Shown here: positions 46,750-56,512 of the stretch, piece after piece
Layout: each line of letters starts with the position of its first letter
Position numbering within the stretch: position 1 is the first letter of the stretch
Assembly (NCBI GenBank): GCA_003220795.1
Contig: QHTK01000050.1
Location: forward strand, 670 to 64,669
Source: Gemmatimonadota bacterium
Lineage (GTDB): Bacteria; Gemmatimonadota; Gemmatimonadetes; Gemmatimonadales; GWC2-71-9
DNA: 64,000 bases
Reading direction: 5' to 3'
Program-made: the position numbers and the translations under genes
The notes under the pieces: model-generated
The model's database searches: none
Told to the model about the DNA's origin: nothing
The model's input: the letters and a program-made list of their open reading frames with translations, nothing else

Positions 46750-48109
46750 GTCCCAGCAGGCGCCGAATATCGTTGGACGTGGCGAGGATCATGATGGCGA
46801 CGAGCACCACGAAGCCGATCTGGGTGAGCCGCAGGCGCAGCCCGAGCGGCAACGGCCTGCGTCGCACCGCCTCCGCCAGGAGAAACACCAGCTGGCCGCC
46901 GTCCAGAATCGGGATCGGCAGGACGTTGAGGATGGCCAGGTTGATGGATAGGAAGGCCATGAAGCCGAGAAAGGTCGCCGGGCCGATGCGCGCCGCCTGG
47001 CTCGAGATCTGCCCGATCAGGATCGGTCCGCCGAGCTCCCCGAGCGACGCCCTGCCCGTGACGAGCTTCGCCAGGAAATCGAGGATCAGTCCGCCGCGGC
47101 TCCGTGTCTCCGCCCACCCAACCCGGATCGCTCCCGGAATGCCGGGACGGGGGAGCGTAGGGTACACCGCCCCGATGCCCACGAAGCCGATGACCTGCTT
47201 CCGCTTGGTCACGGGATCCGTGTCCTCGCGGCGATCCGGCGTCACCGTCAGGGACAGGCGGGCGCCGCCCCGCCGCACCTCGATCGTGATCGGGTGCGCG
47301 GGGTTGCGACGCGCCACGCGCGCGAAGTCCTGCCACGATACCACCGTGTCACCGTTGACCTTGAGGATGCGGTCACCCGGCACGAGGCCCGCCTTGGCGC
47401 CCGCACCGCCGGACGTCACGCTGGAGATGGCCGGCTCGAGGTACGGGCTGAGCGCGAGCACCATGGTGACCCGCGCGGCCGTGTCTGTCTGGGCGATATG
47501 GAGCACCAGGGAGTCGGGCCGTCCCGCCACACGCAGCGTCACGGGCGGCGGGGCATTGGCGAGCTTCAGCTGCAGGTCGCCCCAGGTCCGTACCGAATCG
47601 CCGTTCACCATGGTGATGCGATCGCCGCGTCGCAGCGCCCCGAGCGCCTGCGCCGCCGGAGGCAGGTCACTCACGCTGACCGAGTCCACCCGTGTCGTGG
47701 CGATATTGTTCGGCTCGAGGGTTCCGCTGTAGGCCAGTCCCGTGTAGACGAGGACGGCGAACACGGCGTTCATCGTCACACCGGCCAGGATCACGATGAG
47801 CCGGGCCCAGAGCGGCTTGCGGTCGAACGCCCGAGCGGGATCGATCGGCTGAGCGCTCTTGCCGCCTTCCAGGTCCCCGGCGACGCCTTCGTCCTCGAAC
47901 CCGGCCATCTTCACATAGCCGCCGAACGGAATCCACGAGATCCAATACTCCGTCTCGCCGCGGCGCCACGCGAGGATCGGTCGGCCGAAGCCGAGCGAGA
48001 ACCGCAACACCTGGATGCCGACCGCCTTCGCCGCGGCGAAGTGGCCGGCCTCGTGCACGAAGATCAGCACGCCGACGACGACGATGAGCGAGATCGGCGT
48101 CAGGAGCAC
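46733..48109 (-). CDS. rseP: RIP metalloprotease RseP (M50 site-2 protease)
   Basis: HEAGHFAAAK (HExxH), two PDZ-like regions, and NVLPIPILDGG. GTG 48109 overlaps the dxr end. The track ORF extension to 48787 is spurious. Confidence 0.9.
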   Translation of the reverse strand: MLLTPISLIVVVGVLIFVHEAGHFAAAKAVGIQVLRFSLGFGRPILAWRRGETEYWISWIPFGGYVKMAGFEDEGVAGDLEGGKSAQPIDPARAFDRKPLWARLIVILAGVTMNAVFAVLVYTGLAYSGTLEPNNIATTRVDSVSVSDLPPAAQALGALRRGDRITMVNGDSVRTWGDLQLKLANAPPPVTLRVAGRPDSLVLHIAQTDTAARVTMVLALSPYLEPAISSVTSGGAGAKAGLVPGDRILKVNGDTVVSWQDFARVARRNPAHPITIEVRRGGARLSLTVTPDRREDTDPVTKRKQVIGFVGIGAVYPTLPRPGIPGAIRVGWAETRSRGGLILDFLAKLVTGRASLGELGGPILIGQISSQAARIGPATFLGFMAFLSINLAILNVLPIPILDGGQLVFLLAEAVRRRPLPLGLRLRLTQIGFVVLVAIMILATSNDIRRLLGHVFRR

Positions 48110-49236
48110 GCAGCCTCCCGGGCCAGGCGCCGAGCTGCGGCGTCGGCCGCGAGCACAGCGTCGAGCGTGTCCGCGCCGGTCGGCCCGGTCGCGTCCAGCA
48201 CCCGGGCGATTGTTGAGGCGATCCGGCCGAAGGGAATCGCGCCCTCGAGGAACAGCGCGACGGCGATCTCGTTGGCGGCGTTGAAGACGGTGGGGGCCGT
48301 GCCGCCGGCGGTGGCCGCGGTGCGGCCGAGGCGGTAGGCCGGATAGAGCTCCGCGTCGACGGCTTCGAAAGTGAGGCTGCCGGCGGCGACCGGATCGAAG
48401 CGTCGCGTACCCGCGTCCGGCACCCGATCCGGATGCGTCAGCGCGTACAGAATCGGCAGCTCCATCGTGGGGAACCCCACCTGCGCGAGTACCGAGCCGT
48501 CCACGAATTCCACGAACGCGTGGACCACCGATTGGGGATGCACCACGACCTCGACCGCCTCGTAGCCGAGCCCGAAGAGGAAGTGCGCCTCGATCACCTC
48601 GAGGGCCTTGTTGACGAGCGTGGCCGAGTCCACCGTGATCTTCTTTCCCATCTTCCAGGTGGGGTGACGCAGCGCCTCCGCCACGGTAGCGGCCGCGATA
48701 CGCTCGCGCGGCCACGTGCGAAACGGGCCGCCCGAGGCTGTGAGGATGAGGCGCGCCAGCTCGGCCGGCCCGCGGCCCGCGACGCACTGCAGCACCGCGC
48801 TGTGCTCGGAGTCCACCGGGACGATCTCCCCGCCCCCCTCGCGCGCCGCGCGGGTGACGAGCTCGCCGGCCATCACGAGCGTCTCTTTGTTCGCGAGGGC
48901 GACCCGCTTACCGGCTCGCAGCGCCGCGAGCGTGGCCTCGAGGCCCGCGGCGCCCACGATGCCGTTCACGACGACGCGCACGTCGGGATGGGTGGCGGCC
49001 TCGATGAGGCAGCCGGCCCCCGAACCCCGCGCCCCGGGCCCCGAGCCCCGCTTGCCGCCGTTCACGAGTCCGACATACGCCGGCCGCCACTCGGCGGCTT
49101 GCCGCTCCAGCAGGTCCGCGTTGGAGTACGCCGTGAGCGCGACCACGCGGAACCGCTCCCGCTGGCGGGCCAGGACCTGCAGGGTGGAGCAGCCGATCGA
49201 GCCGGTGGACCCGAGGATCGCGACGCCGACGCTCAT
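48100..49236 (-). CDS. dxr: 1-deoxy-D-xylulose-5-phosphate reductoisomerase
   Basis: VAILGSTGSIGCSTLQV, LANKETLV, DSEHSA and HPTWKMG. ATG 49236 overlaps the cdsA stop (ATGA). Confidence 0.95.
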   Translation of the reverse strand: MSVGVAILGSTGSIGCSTLQVLARQRERFRVVALTAYSNADLLERQAAEWRPAYVGLVNGGKRGSGPGARGSGAGCLIEAATHPDVRVVVNGIVGAAGLEATLAALRAGKRVALANKETLVMAGELVTRAAREGGGEIVPVDSEHSAVLQCVAGRGPAELARLILTASGGPFRTWPRERIAAATVAEALRHPTWKMGKKITVDSATLVNKALEVIEAHFLFGLGYEAVEVVVHPQSVVHAFVEFVDGSVLAQVGFPTMELPILYALTHPDRVPDAGTRRFDPVAAGSLTFEAVDAELYPAYRLGRTAATAGGTAPTVFNAANEIAVALFLEGAIPFGRIASTIARVLDATGPTGADTLDAVLAADAAARRLAREAACS

Positions 49237-50084
49237 GCGACCCCGAACAGACGCAGCAGTCCCGCGGTCGCGGGCAAGACGAAGTAGAGCGAATCGAGCC
49301 GGTCGAGCACGCCCCCATGGCCGGGGATGAGCGACGACGAGTCCTTGACGCCCGCCTCGCGCTTGAACAGCGACTCGGCGACGTCTCCCACCTGGGCAGC
49401 CACCGCCACCACCACCCCCACCGTAGCCAGTTGCACGACGCCCAGTCGCAAGGCGACGCGGTCGAGCACCAGTGGGCCGTATACCAGCGCGGCCACGAGC
49501 CCGCCCACGATGCCGCCGACGGCGCCCGCCCACGTCTTCCGCGGCGACAGCACCGGCGCGAGCTTGGGGCCGCCGACCAGGGTGCCGGCGGCCATGGCGC
49601 ACGTGTCGCACACCCACGTCACGACGAGGGGGAACAGCACCAGCGCGACGGAGCCGCGGGGGTGCGCGTCGCTGTGCGGCCCGTGGCGGATCGCGACGGT
49701 GAACGCGAGCAGGGCGGACGCGTACAGGATGCCGAACACGGTCACCGACACGGTGGTGAGCGGGCGCCGCGCCGGTCCGCGCGCCATCGCCATGACCAGC
49801 ACGGCGAGCAGCCACAGCGCGGCGACGTAGAGCACCGGCTCCCAGTCGGCGTATCCTTTGACCCAGAAGGTCGCTAGCGGCACGGCCGCCGCCGCCACGA
49901 GCCCCAGGCGGTCGAACGGCTCGATGCCGTCACGGCGCGCCAGGTCGTACACCTCGCGCGTGCCCAGCACGCCGAGGACGGCGAGCGCGGTGGCGAGGAC
50001 CCAGCCCCCCAGCCACACCACCGCCACCGAGACGGCAATGGCGGGAACCGCGACGGCGATGCGGACCAGCAGGTTGCGGGACAT
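49233..50084 (-). CDS. cdsA: phosphatidate cytidylyltransferase
   Basis: SLFKREAGVKDSSSLIPGHGGVLDRLDS signature on a multi-TM protein. ATG 50084 overlaps the uppS stop. Confidence 0.92.
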   Translation of the reverse strand: MSRNLLVRIAVAVPAIAVSVAVVWLGGWVLATALAVLGVLGTREVYDLARRDGIEPFDRLGLVAAAAVPLATFWVKGYADWEPVLYVAALWLLAVLVMAMARGPARRPLTTVSVTVFGILYASALLAFTVAIRHGPHSDAHPRGSVALVLFPLVVTWVCDTCAMAAGTLVGGPKLAPVLSPRKTWAGAVGGIVGGLVAALVYGPLVLDRVALRLGVVQLATVGVVVAVAAQVGDVAESLFKREAGVKDSSSLIPGHGGVLDRLDSLYFVLPATAGLLRLFGVA

Positions 50085-50848
50085 CAGGGGGGAGCCGTGG
50101 GGGCCGTGGGGGCCGTGACCTTGCCAAACCGCCGCTCGCGCCGCTGGTAGTCGAGGATCGCTTGAAACAGATCGCGTCGCGTGACGTCGGGCCAGAGCAC
50201 CGGCGTCATGTACAACTCGGTGTAGGCGAGCTGCCACAGCAGGAAGTTCGAGATGCGCAGCTCGCCCGACGTGCGAATCAGCAGATCGGGGTCGCTCCAG
50301 GGAGCGGTGTAGAGCTTGTCGCGCACCGCCTCCTCGTCGATGTCCTCGAGCCGCTTCGTGCCCTTCAGGACTTCCTCGGCGAGCAGGCGCGCCGCGCGCG
50401 CCAGCTCGGCGCGGGACGAATAGGAGATGCACAGATTGAGCGCCAGCCGCCTGCCGCCGCGCGTGTCTCGCTCCACGCGGTCGACGGCGGCGCGGGCGCC
50501 GGGCGCGAGCCGCGCCCGCTCGCCCAGCACGTGCACCGTGACGCCCTGCGCGCGCAGCTCCTTGGCTTCCTTGGCGATGTACTCCTCGAGCAGGCTCATC
50601 AGCGCGGAGATCTCGGTGGGAGGGCGCTGCCAGTTCTCCTCGGAGAACGCGAACAGCGTGACCACTTCGACCCCGGCTTCGATCGCGCCTTCGACGATCT
50701 CGCGCACCGCCTTCATCCCGGCGCGGTGCCCGAACGGGCGCGGCAGGTTGCGCTCCCGCGCCCACCGGCCGTTGCCGTCCATGATGATGGCCACGTGGCG
50801 GGGCACGGCCCCGTTCAGGCGGATCTGCCCGAGCAGGTCGTCGGTCAC
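50084..50848 (-). CDS. uppS: isoprenyl transferase (undecaprenyl diphosphate synthase)
   Basis: HVAIIMDGNGRWA...FAFSEENWQRP...RTSGELRISNFLLWQLAYTE. Confidence 0.95.
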   Translation of the reverse strand: MTDDLLGQIRLNGAVPRHVAIIMDGNGRWARERNLPRPFGHRAGMKAVREIVEGAIEAGVEVVTLFAFSEENWQRPPTEISALMSLLEEYIAKEAKELRAQGVTVHVLGERARLAPGARAAVDRVERDTRGGRRLALNLCISYSSRAELARAARLLAEEVLKGTKRLEDIDEEAVRDKLYTAPWSDPDLLIRTSGELRISNFLLWQLAYTELYMTPVLWPDVTRRDLFQAILDYQRRERRFGKVTAPTAPTAPP

Positions 50849-51412
50849 CTAGACCTCCATGATCTCCGCTTCCTTGGCCTTGACCGCGGCGTCCACCAGC
50901 TTCAGGTGGTCGTCGTGCAGCTTCTGCACCTCCTTCTCGGCGTGTTTCTTTTCGTCGTCGGAGACGTGCTCGGTCTTCTTGATGCGACTGATCGCGTCGG
51001 TCCGGGCGTGGCGCACCGCCACGCGACTCTCCTCGGCGAACTTGTGCACCACCTTCACCAGCTCTCGGCGGCGCTCCTCGGTGAGCGCCGGGATGGGGAT
51101 GCGGATGACCGCGCCGTCGTTGGCCGGCGTGAGGCCCAGGTCCGACGTGAGGATCGCCTTCTCGATCGCTTTGAGGAGGGTTTTGTCCCAGGGCTGGATC
51201 GTGAGCAGCTTCGGTTCGGGCGCCGCGACGCTCGCCACCTGGTTGAGCGGCATCTCGCTGCCGTAGGCATCCACCCGCACGAGATCGAGCAGCGCCGTGG
51301 TCGCCTTCCCGGTGCGCACCGTGGCGAACTCGCGCTTCACCGCTTCCACCGCCTTGTCCATCGCCTGCCGGGCGTGCTTGACGTGGTCTGTCAGACTCGT
51401 GACGGTGGTCAT
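50849..51412 (-). CDS. frr: ribosome recycling factor
   Basis: [21 protein letters not shown]...TIQPWD...[16 protein letters not shown] 51412 overlaps the pyrH stop (ATGA). Confidence 0.95.
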   Translation of the reverse strand: MTTVTSLTDHVKHARQAMDKAVEAVKREFATVRTGKATTALLDLVRVDAYGSEMPLNQVASVAAPEPKLLTIQPWDKTLLKAIEKAILTSDLGLTPANDGAVIRIPIPALTEERRRELVKVVHKFAEESRVAVRHARTDAISRIKKTEHVSDDEKKHAEKEVQKLHDDHLKLVDAAVKAKEAEIMEV

Positions 51413-52152
51413 GTGACGATGGTGCCGACGCGCTCCCCGGCCAGCACCCTGGCCGTCGCGCCGGGCTGGTTGATGTTGAACACTACGATGGGAAGCTTGT
51501 TCTCCTTGCACAAGCCGAACGCGTTCGCGTCCATCACGGCGTAGCCGTTGACGAGCGCGTCGCGAAACGACAGCTCGGCGAGAAATTTCGCCTTGGGGTC
51601 CTCCTTCGGGTCGGCGGTGTACACGCCGTCGACGTTGGTCGCCTTGAGCAGCACCTTGGCCTCGACCTCGAGCGCCCGCAGCACCGCCGCGGTGTCGGTC
51701 GAAAAGTACGGGTTGCCCGTCCCGCCCGCGAAAATCACCATGCGCCCCTTTTCGAGGTGGCGCACTGCCCGGCGCCGGATGTAGGGCTCCGCCAGCTCCT
51801 CCATGCGGATCGCCGTCATCACGCGCGTGTCGACGCCCTTCTTTTCGAGGATGTCTTGCAGCGCGAGGGCGTTGATGACCGTGGCGAGCATCCCCATGTA
51901 GTCGGCGGACACGCGATCCATGCCCTGCGCGCTGGCGGCCGTGCCGCGCAGGATGTTGCCGCCCCCGACCACCAGGCCCAGCTGCACGCCCAGGGCCGCC
52001 ACCGTCTTCAGCTCGTTCGCGAGGCGGTCGATGATCTCGAAATCGAGCCCCCCGCCCGCCCCGCGGTCGCCCGCGAACGCCTCGCCCGAGAGCTTGAGCA
52101 AGGCGCGCGAGTAGGCGAGGCGGGGCCGCGCGACGGGCGCGGGGGTCGCCAA
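51409..52152 (-). CDS. pyrH: UMP kinase
   Basis: LLKLSGEAF...[10 protein letters not shown]...[13 protein letters not shown]...ATNVDGVY. Confidence 0.95.
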   Translation of the reverse strand: MATPAPVARPRLAYSRALLKLSGEAFAGDRGAGGGLDFEIIDRLANELKTVAALGVQLGLVVGGGNILRGTAASAQGMDRVSADYMGMLATVINALALQDILEKKGVDTRVMTAIRMEELAEPYIRRRAVRHLEKGRMVIFAGGTGNPYFSTDTAAVLRALEVEAKVLLKATNVDGVYTADPKEDPKAKFLAELSFRDALVNGYAVMDANAFGLCKENKLPIVVFNINQPGATARVLAGERVGTIVT

Positions 52153-52153
52153 C

Positions 52154-52762
52154 TCAGCCCTCCCCGACCTTCAGGCGCGCGAACCGCCGCACGTCGATCT
52201 TCTCCCCCGTCTTGGCCGACAGTTCCTTCACGAGGTCGCCCACCGTGCGCTTGTCATCCCTCACGAACTTCTGCTCGAGCAGGACGTTGTCCTCGTAGAA
52301 CTTCTTGATCATGCCCTCCACGATCTTGCCACGGATGTGCTCGGGTTTCTTCTGCTCGGCGACCTGGGCCTCGTAGACCTTGCGCTCCCGTTGCAGCAGC
52401 TCCGCGGGCAGATCCTCGATCCGCACCGCGAGTGGGTTGGTCGCGGCGATGTGCACGGCCAGGTCGCGGGCGAGCGCCTTGAAGTCTTCGGTACGAGCCA
52501 CGAAGTCCGTTTCGCAGTTGAGCTCGACCAGCACACCCAGCCCGCCGTCGTGGTGGACGTAGGAGCCGATTACGCCCTCCGACGCCTCGCGGCGGGCCCG
52601 CTTGTCGGCCTTAGCCGCGCCTTTCTGGCGCAGCAGGTCGACTGCCTTTTCCAGGTCACCGGCGGTCTCCTCGAGCGCCCGCTTGCAGTCCATCATGCCT
52701 GCGCCGGTGCGGGCGCGGAGCTCGGCCACGAGCTTCGCCGGAATGTCTTTCACGGTCGCCAT
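52154..52762 (-). CDS. tsf: translation elongation factor Ts (short form)
   Basis: [18 protein letters not shown]...[12 protein letters not shown] 52762 has GGAG upstream. Confidence 0.93.
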   Translation of the reverse strand: MATVKDIPAKLVAELRARTGAGMMDCKRALEETAGDLEKAVDLLRQKGAAKADKRARREASEGVIGSYVHHDGGLGVLVELNCETDFVARTEDFKALARDLAVHIAATNPLAVRIEDLPAELLQRERKVYEAQVAEQKKPEHIRGKIVEGMIKKFYEDNVLLEQKFVRDDKRTVGDLVKELSAKTGEKIDVRRFARLKVGEG

Positions 52763-52777
52763 CTCCTGACTCCTCAC

Positions 52778-52820
52778 AAAAAACGCCGCCCTCGCGCCGT
52801 GCGGCTAGGAGAGGGCGGCG
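52778..52820 (-). terminator. intrinsic terminator/attenuator between rpsB and tsf
   Basis: On the minus strand: cgccgccctc-N17-gagggcggcg (10-bp GC stem), immediately followed by UUUUUUG. It lies 34 nt after the rpsB stop. Confidence 0.7.
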
Positions 52821-52853
52821 ATGGGTTGTCCAAGGTCGGGCGGTCCGGGCCTG

Positions 52854-53735
52854 CTAGCCTTCGCCCCCGCCGCTCGATTCGGCCGGCGCGGGCGCCTCCT
52901 CGGTCTTGAGCCGGGCCGCAATCGCCTCGGGCTTGGGCCGCCGCTTGCGGCGCGCCGGCTTCTTCTTCTTGTCGCCCTCGGCCTCCGCCTCGACGCCGGT
53001 CTCCGTGGAGTACGTCACGCCTTCGCCCTCCTCGGCCGGCTCGCGCAGCGGCGACTGCCGGCGCGCCTCCCCGATCAGGTCCGAGATCGCGGCCGTGATG
53101 AGCGAGACCGCGCGGATCGCGTCGTCATTGCCGGGGATCGGCACGCTGATCAAGTCCGGGTCCGCGTTCGTGTCCACGATCGCGACCACCGGGATCCCGA
53201 GCTTGTTCGCCTCCGCCACCGCGATACGCTCCTTCTTCGAGTCCACCACGAACAATGCGCCCGGGAGCCGGCCCATGTTTTTGATGCCGGAGAGGTACTT
53301 CTCGAGCTTCAAACGCTCGCGGTTGAACAGCAGCTGCTCTTTCTTGGTGTGGTGCTCGAACTCACCTTCGCTGATCCCCTGCTCCAGATCCTTCAGCCGC
53401 TTGATCTGCTTCTTGATCGTCTGGAAGTTCGTGAGCGTACCACCCAGCCAGCGCTCGGTCACGTAGAACGCGCCGCAGCGCTCCGCCTCCGCCTGGAGGA
53501 TGTTCTTGAGCTGCTTCTTGGTGCAGACGAACAGGACGCCCTCACCCTTCAGCACCACGCCGCGCAGCAGCTCCTGCGCGGCCTCGATCTGACGAAGGGT
53601 CTTCTGCAGGTCGATGATGTAGATGCCGGAGCGTTCGGCGAAGATGAACCGCCGCATCTTCGGATTCCAGCGACGCGTCTGGTGGCCGAAGTGCACGCCC
53701 GCTTCCAGCAGATCCTGCAACTGAGGCTGCGCCAT
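52854..53735 (-). CDS. rpsB: 30S ribosomal protein S2 (with acidic/basic C-terminal extension)
   Basis: LLEAGVHFGHQTRRWNPKM..FIF..R.GI.IIDL.KT. Start set to ATG 53735. Confidence 0.95.
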   Translation of the reverse strand: MAQPQLQDLLEAGVHFGHQTRRWNPKMRRFIFAERSGIYIIDLQKTLRQIEAAQELLRGVVLKGEGVLFVCTKKQLKNILQAEAERCGAFYVTERWLGGTLTNFQTIKKQIKRLKDLEQGISEGEFEHHTKKEQLLFNRERLKLEKYLSGIKNMGRLPGALFVVDSKKERIAVAEANKLGIPVVAIVDTNADPDLISVPIPGNDDAIRAVSLITAAISDLIGEARRQSPLREPAEEGEGVTYSTETGVEAEAEGDKKKKPARRKRRPKPEAIAARLKTEEAPAPAESSGGGEG

Positions 53736-53841
53736 GCCCTTCCTTTCTTGGGTTCGATCCGCCGCTGCCGTCATCTCCGGTGCCACCCCGTAGGGACCCA
53801 GCATCGGATCGGGCAACGTGTGTGATAGACTGCGCTTTCCT

Positions 53842-54249
53842 TTATCTCTTCGAGAACTGGAACCGCTTGCGCGCGCCCGCCCGCCCCGGCTTCTTGCGCT
53901 CGACCGCGCGTGGATCCCGCGTCAACAGGCCTTGCTCCCGCAGCTTCTTGCGGTGCCGCTCGTCCGCGAGGCACAGCGCCCGCGCGATCGCGAGTCGCAA
54001 TGCCCCGGCTTGACCGGTTTGACCGCCTCCCGACGCGATGGCGCGGACGTCGAACGCGCCCAGCGTGTCGGTCGCCGTGAACGGCTGCTGGATATGGGAC
54101 ACGAGCGAGGCGCGCGGGAAGTAGTCACCGAGCGTCCGACCGTTGATGTTCCACTTCCCCGACCCGGGCGTGAGATACACCCGCGCCACGCCCAGTTTGC
54201 GGCGACCGACCGCGTGCCAGCGGAGCTCCGGCGTGATCGCCGAGCTCAT
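53842..54249 (-). CDS. rpsI: 30S ribosomal protein S9
   Basis: GRRK...ARV.L.PG.GK..ING, with the canonical C-terminal RKRFQFSKR. ATG 54249 overlaps the rplM stop (ATGA). Confidence 0.95.
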   Translation of the reverse strand: MSSAITPELRWHAVGRRKLGVARVYLTPGSGKWNINGRTLGDYFPRASLVSHIQQPFTATDTLGAFDVRAIASGGGQTGQAGALRLAIARALCLADERHRKKLREQGLLTRDPRAVERKKPGRAGARKRFQFSKR

Positions 54250-54689
54250 GACGCCACGCCCAGGCTGAGCTGCTCGGGCTGCTGGGCGGCGTGCGGATGC
54301 GTTGGGCCGGCGTACACCTTCAGCATCTGCTTCACGTGCTGCCGGGACAACGTCGTCTTCGGGAGCATCCCCCACACCGCCCGCTCGATCACCCGGTCGG
54401 GGTGCTTCGCGAGCAGCGTCTTGAGCGGCGTGAACCGCTCGTGCCCCATGTAGCCGGTGTGCCGGAAGTAGCGCTTCTGCTCGAGCTTGCGACCGGTGAG
54501 CTTCACCTTTTCGGCGTTGACGATCACGACGAAATCGCCGGCGTTCAGGTGCGGAGTGAACGTGGGCTTGTGCTTGCCCCGCAGGACCTGCGCGACGCGA
54601 CTCGCCAGCCGGCCGAGCGGCTGCCCGGCGGCGTCCACGACGAACCAGCGACGCGTGATGTCCTCCTTGCGCAGCGAAAACGTCTGCAT
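54246..54689 (-). CDS. rplM: 50S ribosomal protein L13
   Basis: RWFVVDA.GQ.LGRLAS.VA..LRGKHKP.FTPH...GD.VVIVNAEK. Confidence 0.95.
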   Translation of the reverse strand: MQTFSLRKEDITRRWFVVDAAGQPLGRLASRVAQVLRGKHKPTFTPHLNAGDFVVIVNAEKVKLTGRKLEQKRYFRHTGYMGHERFTPLKTLLAKHPDRVIERAVWGMLPKTTLSRQHVKQMLKVYAGPTHPHAAQQPEQLSLGVAS

Positions 54690-54758
54690 CGTCCCAAGAC
54701 CCGGAAAAAGACGTGCCGTTGTTATAGCCGCGAAGAATACCCGGGGCCTAAGGCCCTG

Positions 54759-55277
54759 TCAACCCGAAGCTTCCGGGCTCGCGAGGGTCACGAGCGGCGC
54801 GCCGCGCTCGACCGCCTGACCGACCGCCACGTGCACCGTCGCGACCACACCCGAGTGGGGCGCGCGCAGCTCGTTCTCCATTTTCATCGCTTCCACCACG
54901 ACGAGACCCGCGCCCGCTAGGACGGGCTGCCCGGCGGCGACCTCGATCCGAACGACGAGACCGGGCATGGGGGCCTTGACGGTGCGACTCTCCGCCGGCC
55001 CGGCGCGCGGCGCGGCGTGCGTCTGGCGCTGCCAGCTGCGCTCGTCCAGCGCCTCGACCTCCACCCGCTCGCCCACGACGCCCAACGCCCAGCGCCCCGG
55101 CCCCTCTCCTGGCTGCACGGCCACGGTCCAGGACGCGCCGCCGACCAGGAGGTGACGCAACGGTGTGCCGGGGAGCGCGGCGAGCTGCACGTCGAGCGTT
55201 TCCCCGCCCATGGTCACCCGAGTCCCGTCGACCTCCACATCCACCGTGCGGTCGCCGAGGCGGACGGAGTACTTCAC
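54759..55277 (-). CDS. biotin carboxyl carrier (biotinyl/lipoyl domain) protein
   Basis: C-terminal MPGLVVRI...VVVEAMKMENELRAP biotinylation motif. GTG 55277 overlaps the rlmD stop (GTGA). Confidence 0.8.
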   Translation of the reverse strand: MKYSVRLGDRTVDVEVDGTRVTMGGETLDVQLAALPGTPLRHLLVGGASWTVAVQPGEGPGRWALGVVGERVEVEALDERSWQRQTHAAPRAGPAESRTVKAPMPGLVVRIEVAAGQPVLAGAGLVVVEAMKMENELRAPHSGVVATVHVAVGQAVERGAPLVTLASPEASG

Positions 55278-56512
55278 GCCCCCTCCAGCACCACCACCGT
55301 CTCCACGTGCGCCGTCTGCGGGAACAGGTCGAACGCCCGTACGGCGGTCACGCGGTAGTTCACGCGCAACCGGTGGAGGTCGCGCGCCAGCGTCGCGGGG
55401 TCGCACGAGCGGTAGATGACACGCGCCACCGGCTGGCTCGTGAGCCGCAGCGTCACGTTCCAGTGCAGGCCGGCGCGCGGCGGGTTCACCACGACGACGT
55501 TCGGGTCGGGGAGCGTGGAGAGGACGTCCTCCGCCCGCCCCGCGATGAAGCGGATGGGGCGCTCCGCGGCGCGCCCCCGCGCCCATGCCACGGCCTGCTC
55601 ATCCGCGTCGACGCTCACGACCTGCGCCCCGCGGCCCGCGAGCTGGACGGCGGTGTCGCCGATGCCGCCGTACAGGTCCCAGGCGACGGCGCCACGCAGA
55701 TCCCCCAGCTGATCGACCGCCCAGCGACGTGCCACCAGCCCCATCTCCGGGTGCACCTGCTCGAACGCGGTAGCAGGGAAGCCGGTCGCCGGCCCGGCGA
55801 CGACGCGGGCGGCGCCGTCCGCCGGGTGCCACCAGCAGACCACCGTGTCGCCCTGCGGCAGCGCCGCCCGTAACCGCTCGGCGTCGAGCCACGGCTCCCC
55901 GCTTGATTCCGCGAGGATGTGGCGGCGCCCGTCGCGGTCGAGCCGCAACGTCAGCCGCGTGAGCCGCGCCGGCAGCAGGTCGAGCCGCGGCTTGAGCTCG
56001 CGCCACAGCGCCATGAGCCGGAAGTCCGTGATGTGGCAGTCGACGAGCGAGAAGACACGACCCGGCTGATAGTACGGGTGGAACCCGACCGTCCTGGACC
56101 GCCCTCGACCGCCTTCGACCGCCAGACTTACTTTCGCCCGATACCGCCACTCCTCGACCGCTTCGACGATCTCCGGGTCGGGGACGTCGAGCTTGCCGAT
56201 GCGTCGCAAGGCGTCGCCCACGATGGCCTGCTTGGCGGCGAGCTGGGCGTCGTAGCTCAGGTGCTGCAGCTGGCAGCCGCTGCAGCGGTCGCTCACGTAA
56301 TGGGGGCACGACGCCGCGACCCGGGACGGACCGGTCCCGACGATCTCGGCCAGCTCGCCGCGCGCGAAATGTTTGTGGAGCTGCACGCCGTCGCGCAGCC
56401 GGATGCGCTCGCCCGGTGCGGCGCGGGGAACGAAGACGGCGCGGCCGTCGGCGAGGCGTCCCACGCCGTCGCCGCCGGTGGCGATGGCGGTGATCGTGAC
56501 CACCTCGCTCAC
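55274..56512 (-). CDS. rlmD: 23S rRNA (uracil-C5)-methyltransferase RlmD/RumA family
   Basis: TRAM domain (GDGVGRL.DGR.VFV), Fe-S Cys cluster CPHYVSDRCSGCQLQH, and a SAM MTase core (DLYGGIGD, NPPRAG). GTG 56512 overlaps the upstream stop (GTGA). Confidence 0.8.
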   Translation of the reverse strand: MSEVVTITAIATGGDGVGRLADGRAVFVPRAAPGERIRLRDGVQLHKHFARGELAEIVGTGPSRVAASCPHYVSDRCSGCQLQHLSYDAQLAAKQAIVGDALRRIGKLDVPDPEIVEAVEEWRYRAKVSLAVEGGRGRSRTVGFHPYYQPGRVFSLVDCHITDFRLMALWRELKPRLDLLPARLTRLTLRLDRDGRRHILAESSGEPWLDAERLRAALPQGDTVVCWWHPADGAARVVAGPATGFPATAFEQVHPEMGLVARRWAVDQLGDLRGAVAWDLYGGIGDTAVQLAGRGAQVVSVDADEQAVAWARGRAAERPIRFIAGRAEDVLSTLPDPNVVVVNPPRAGLHWNVTLRLTSQPVARVIYRSCDPATLARDLHRLRVNYRVTAVRAFDLFPQTAHVETVVVLEGA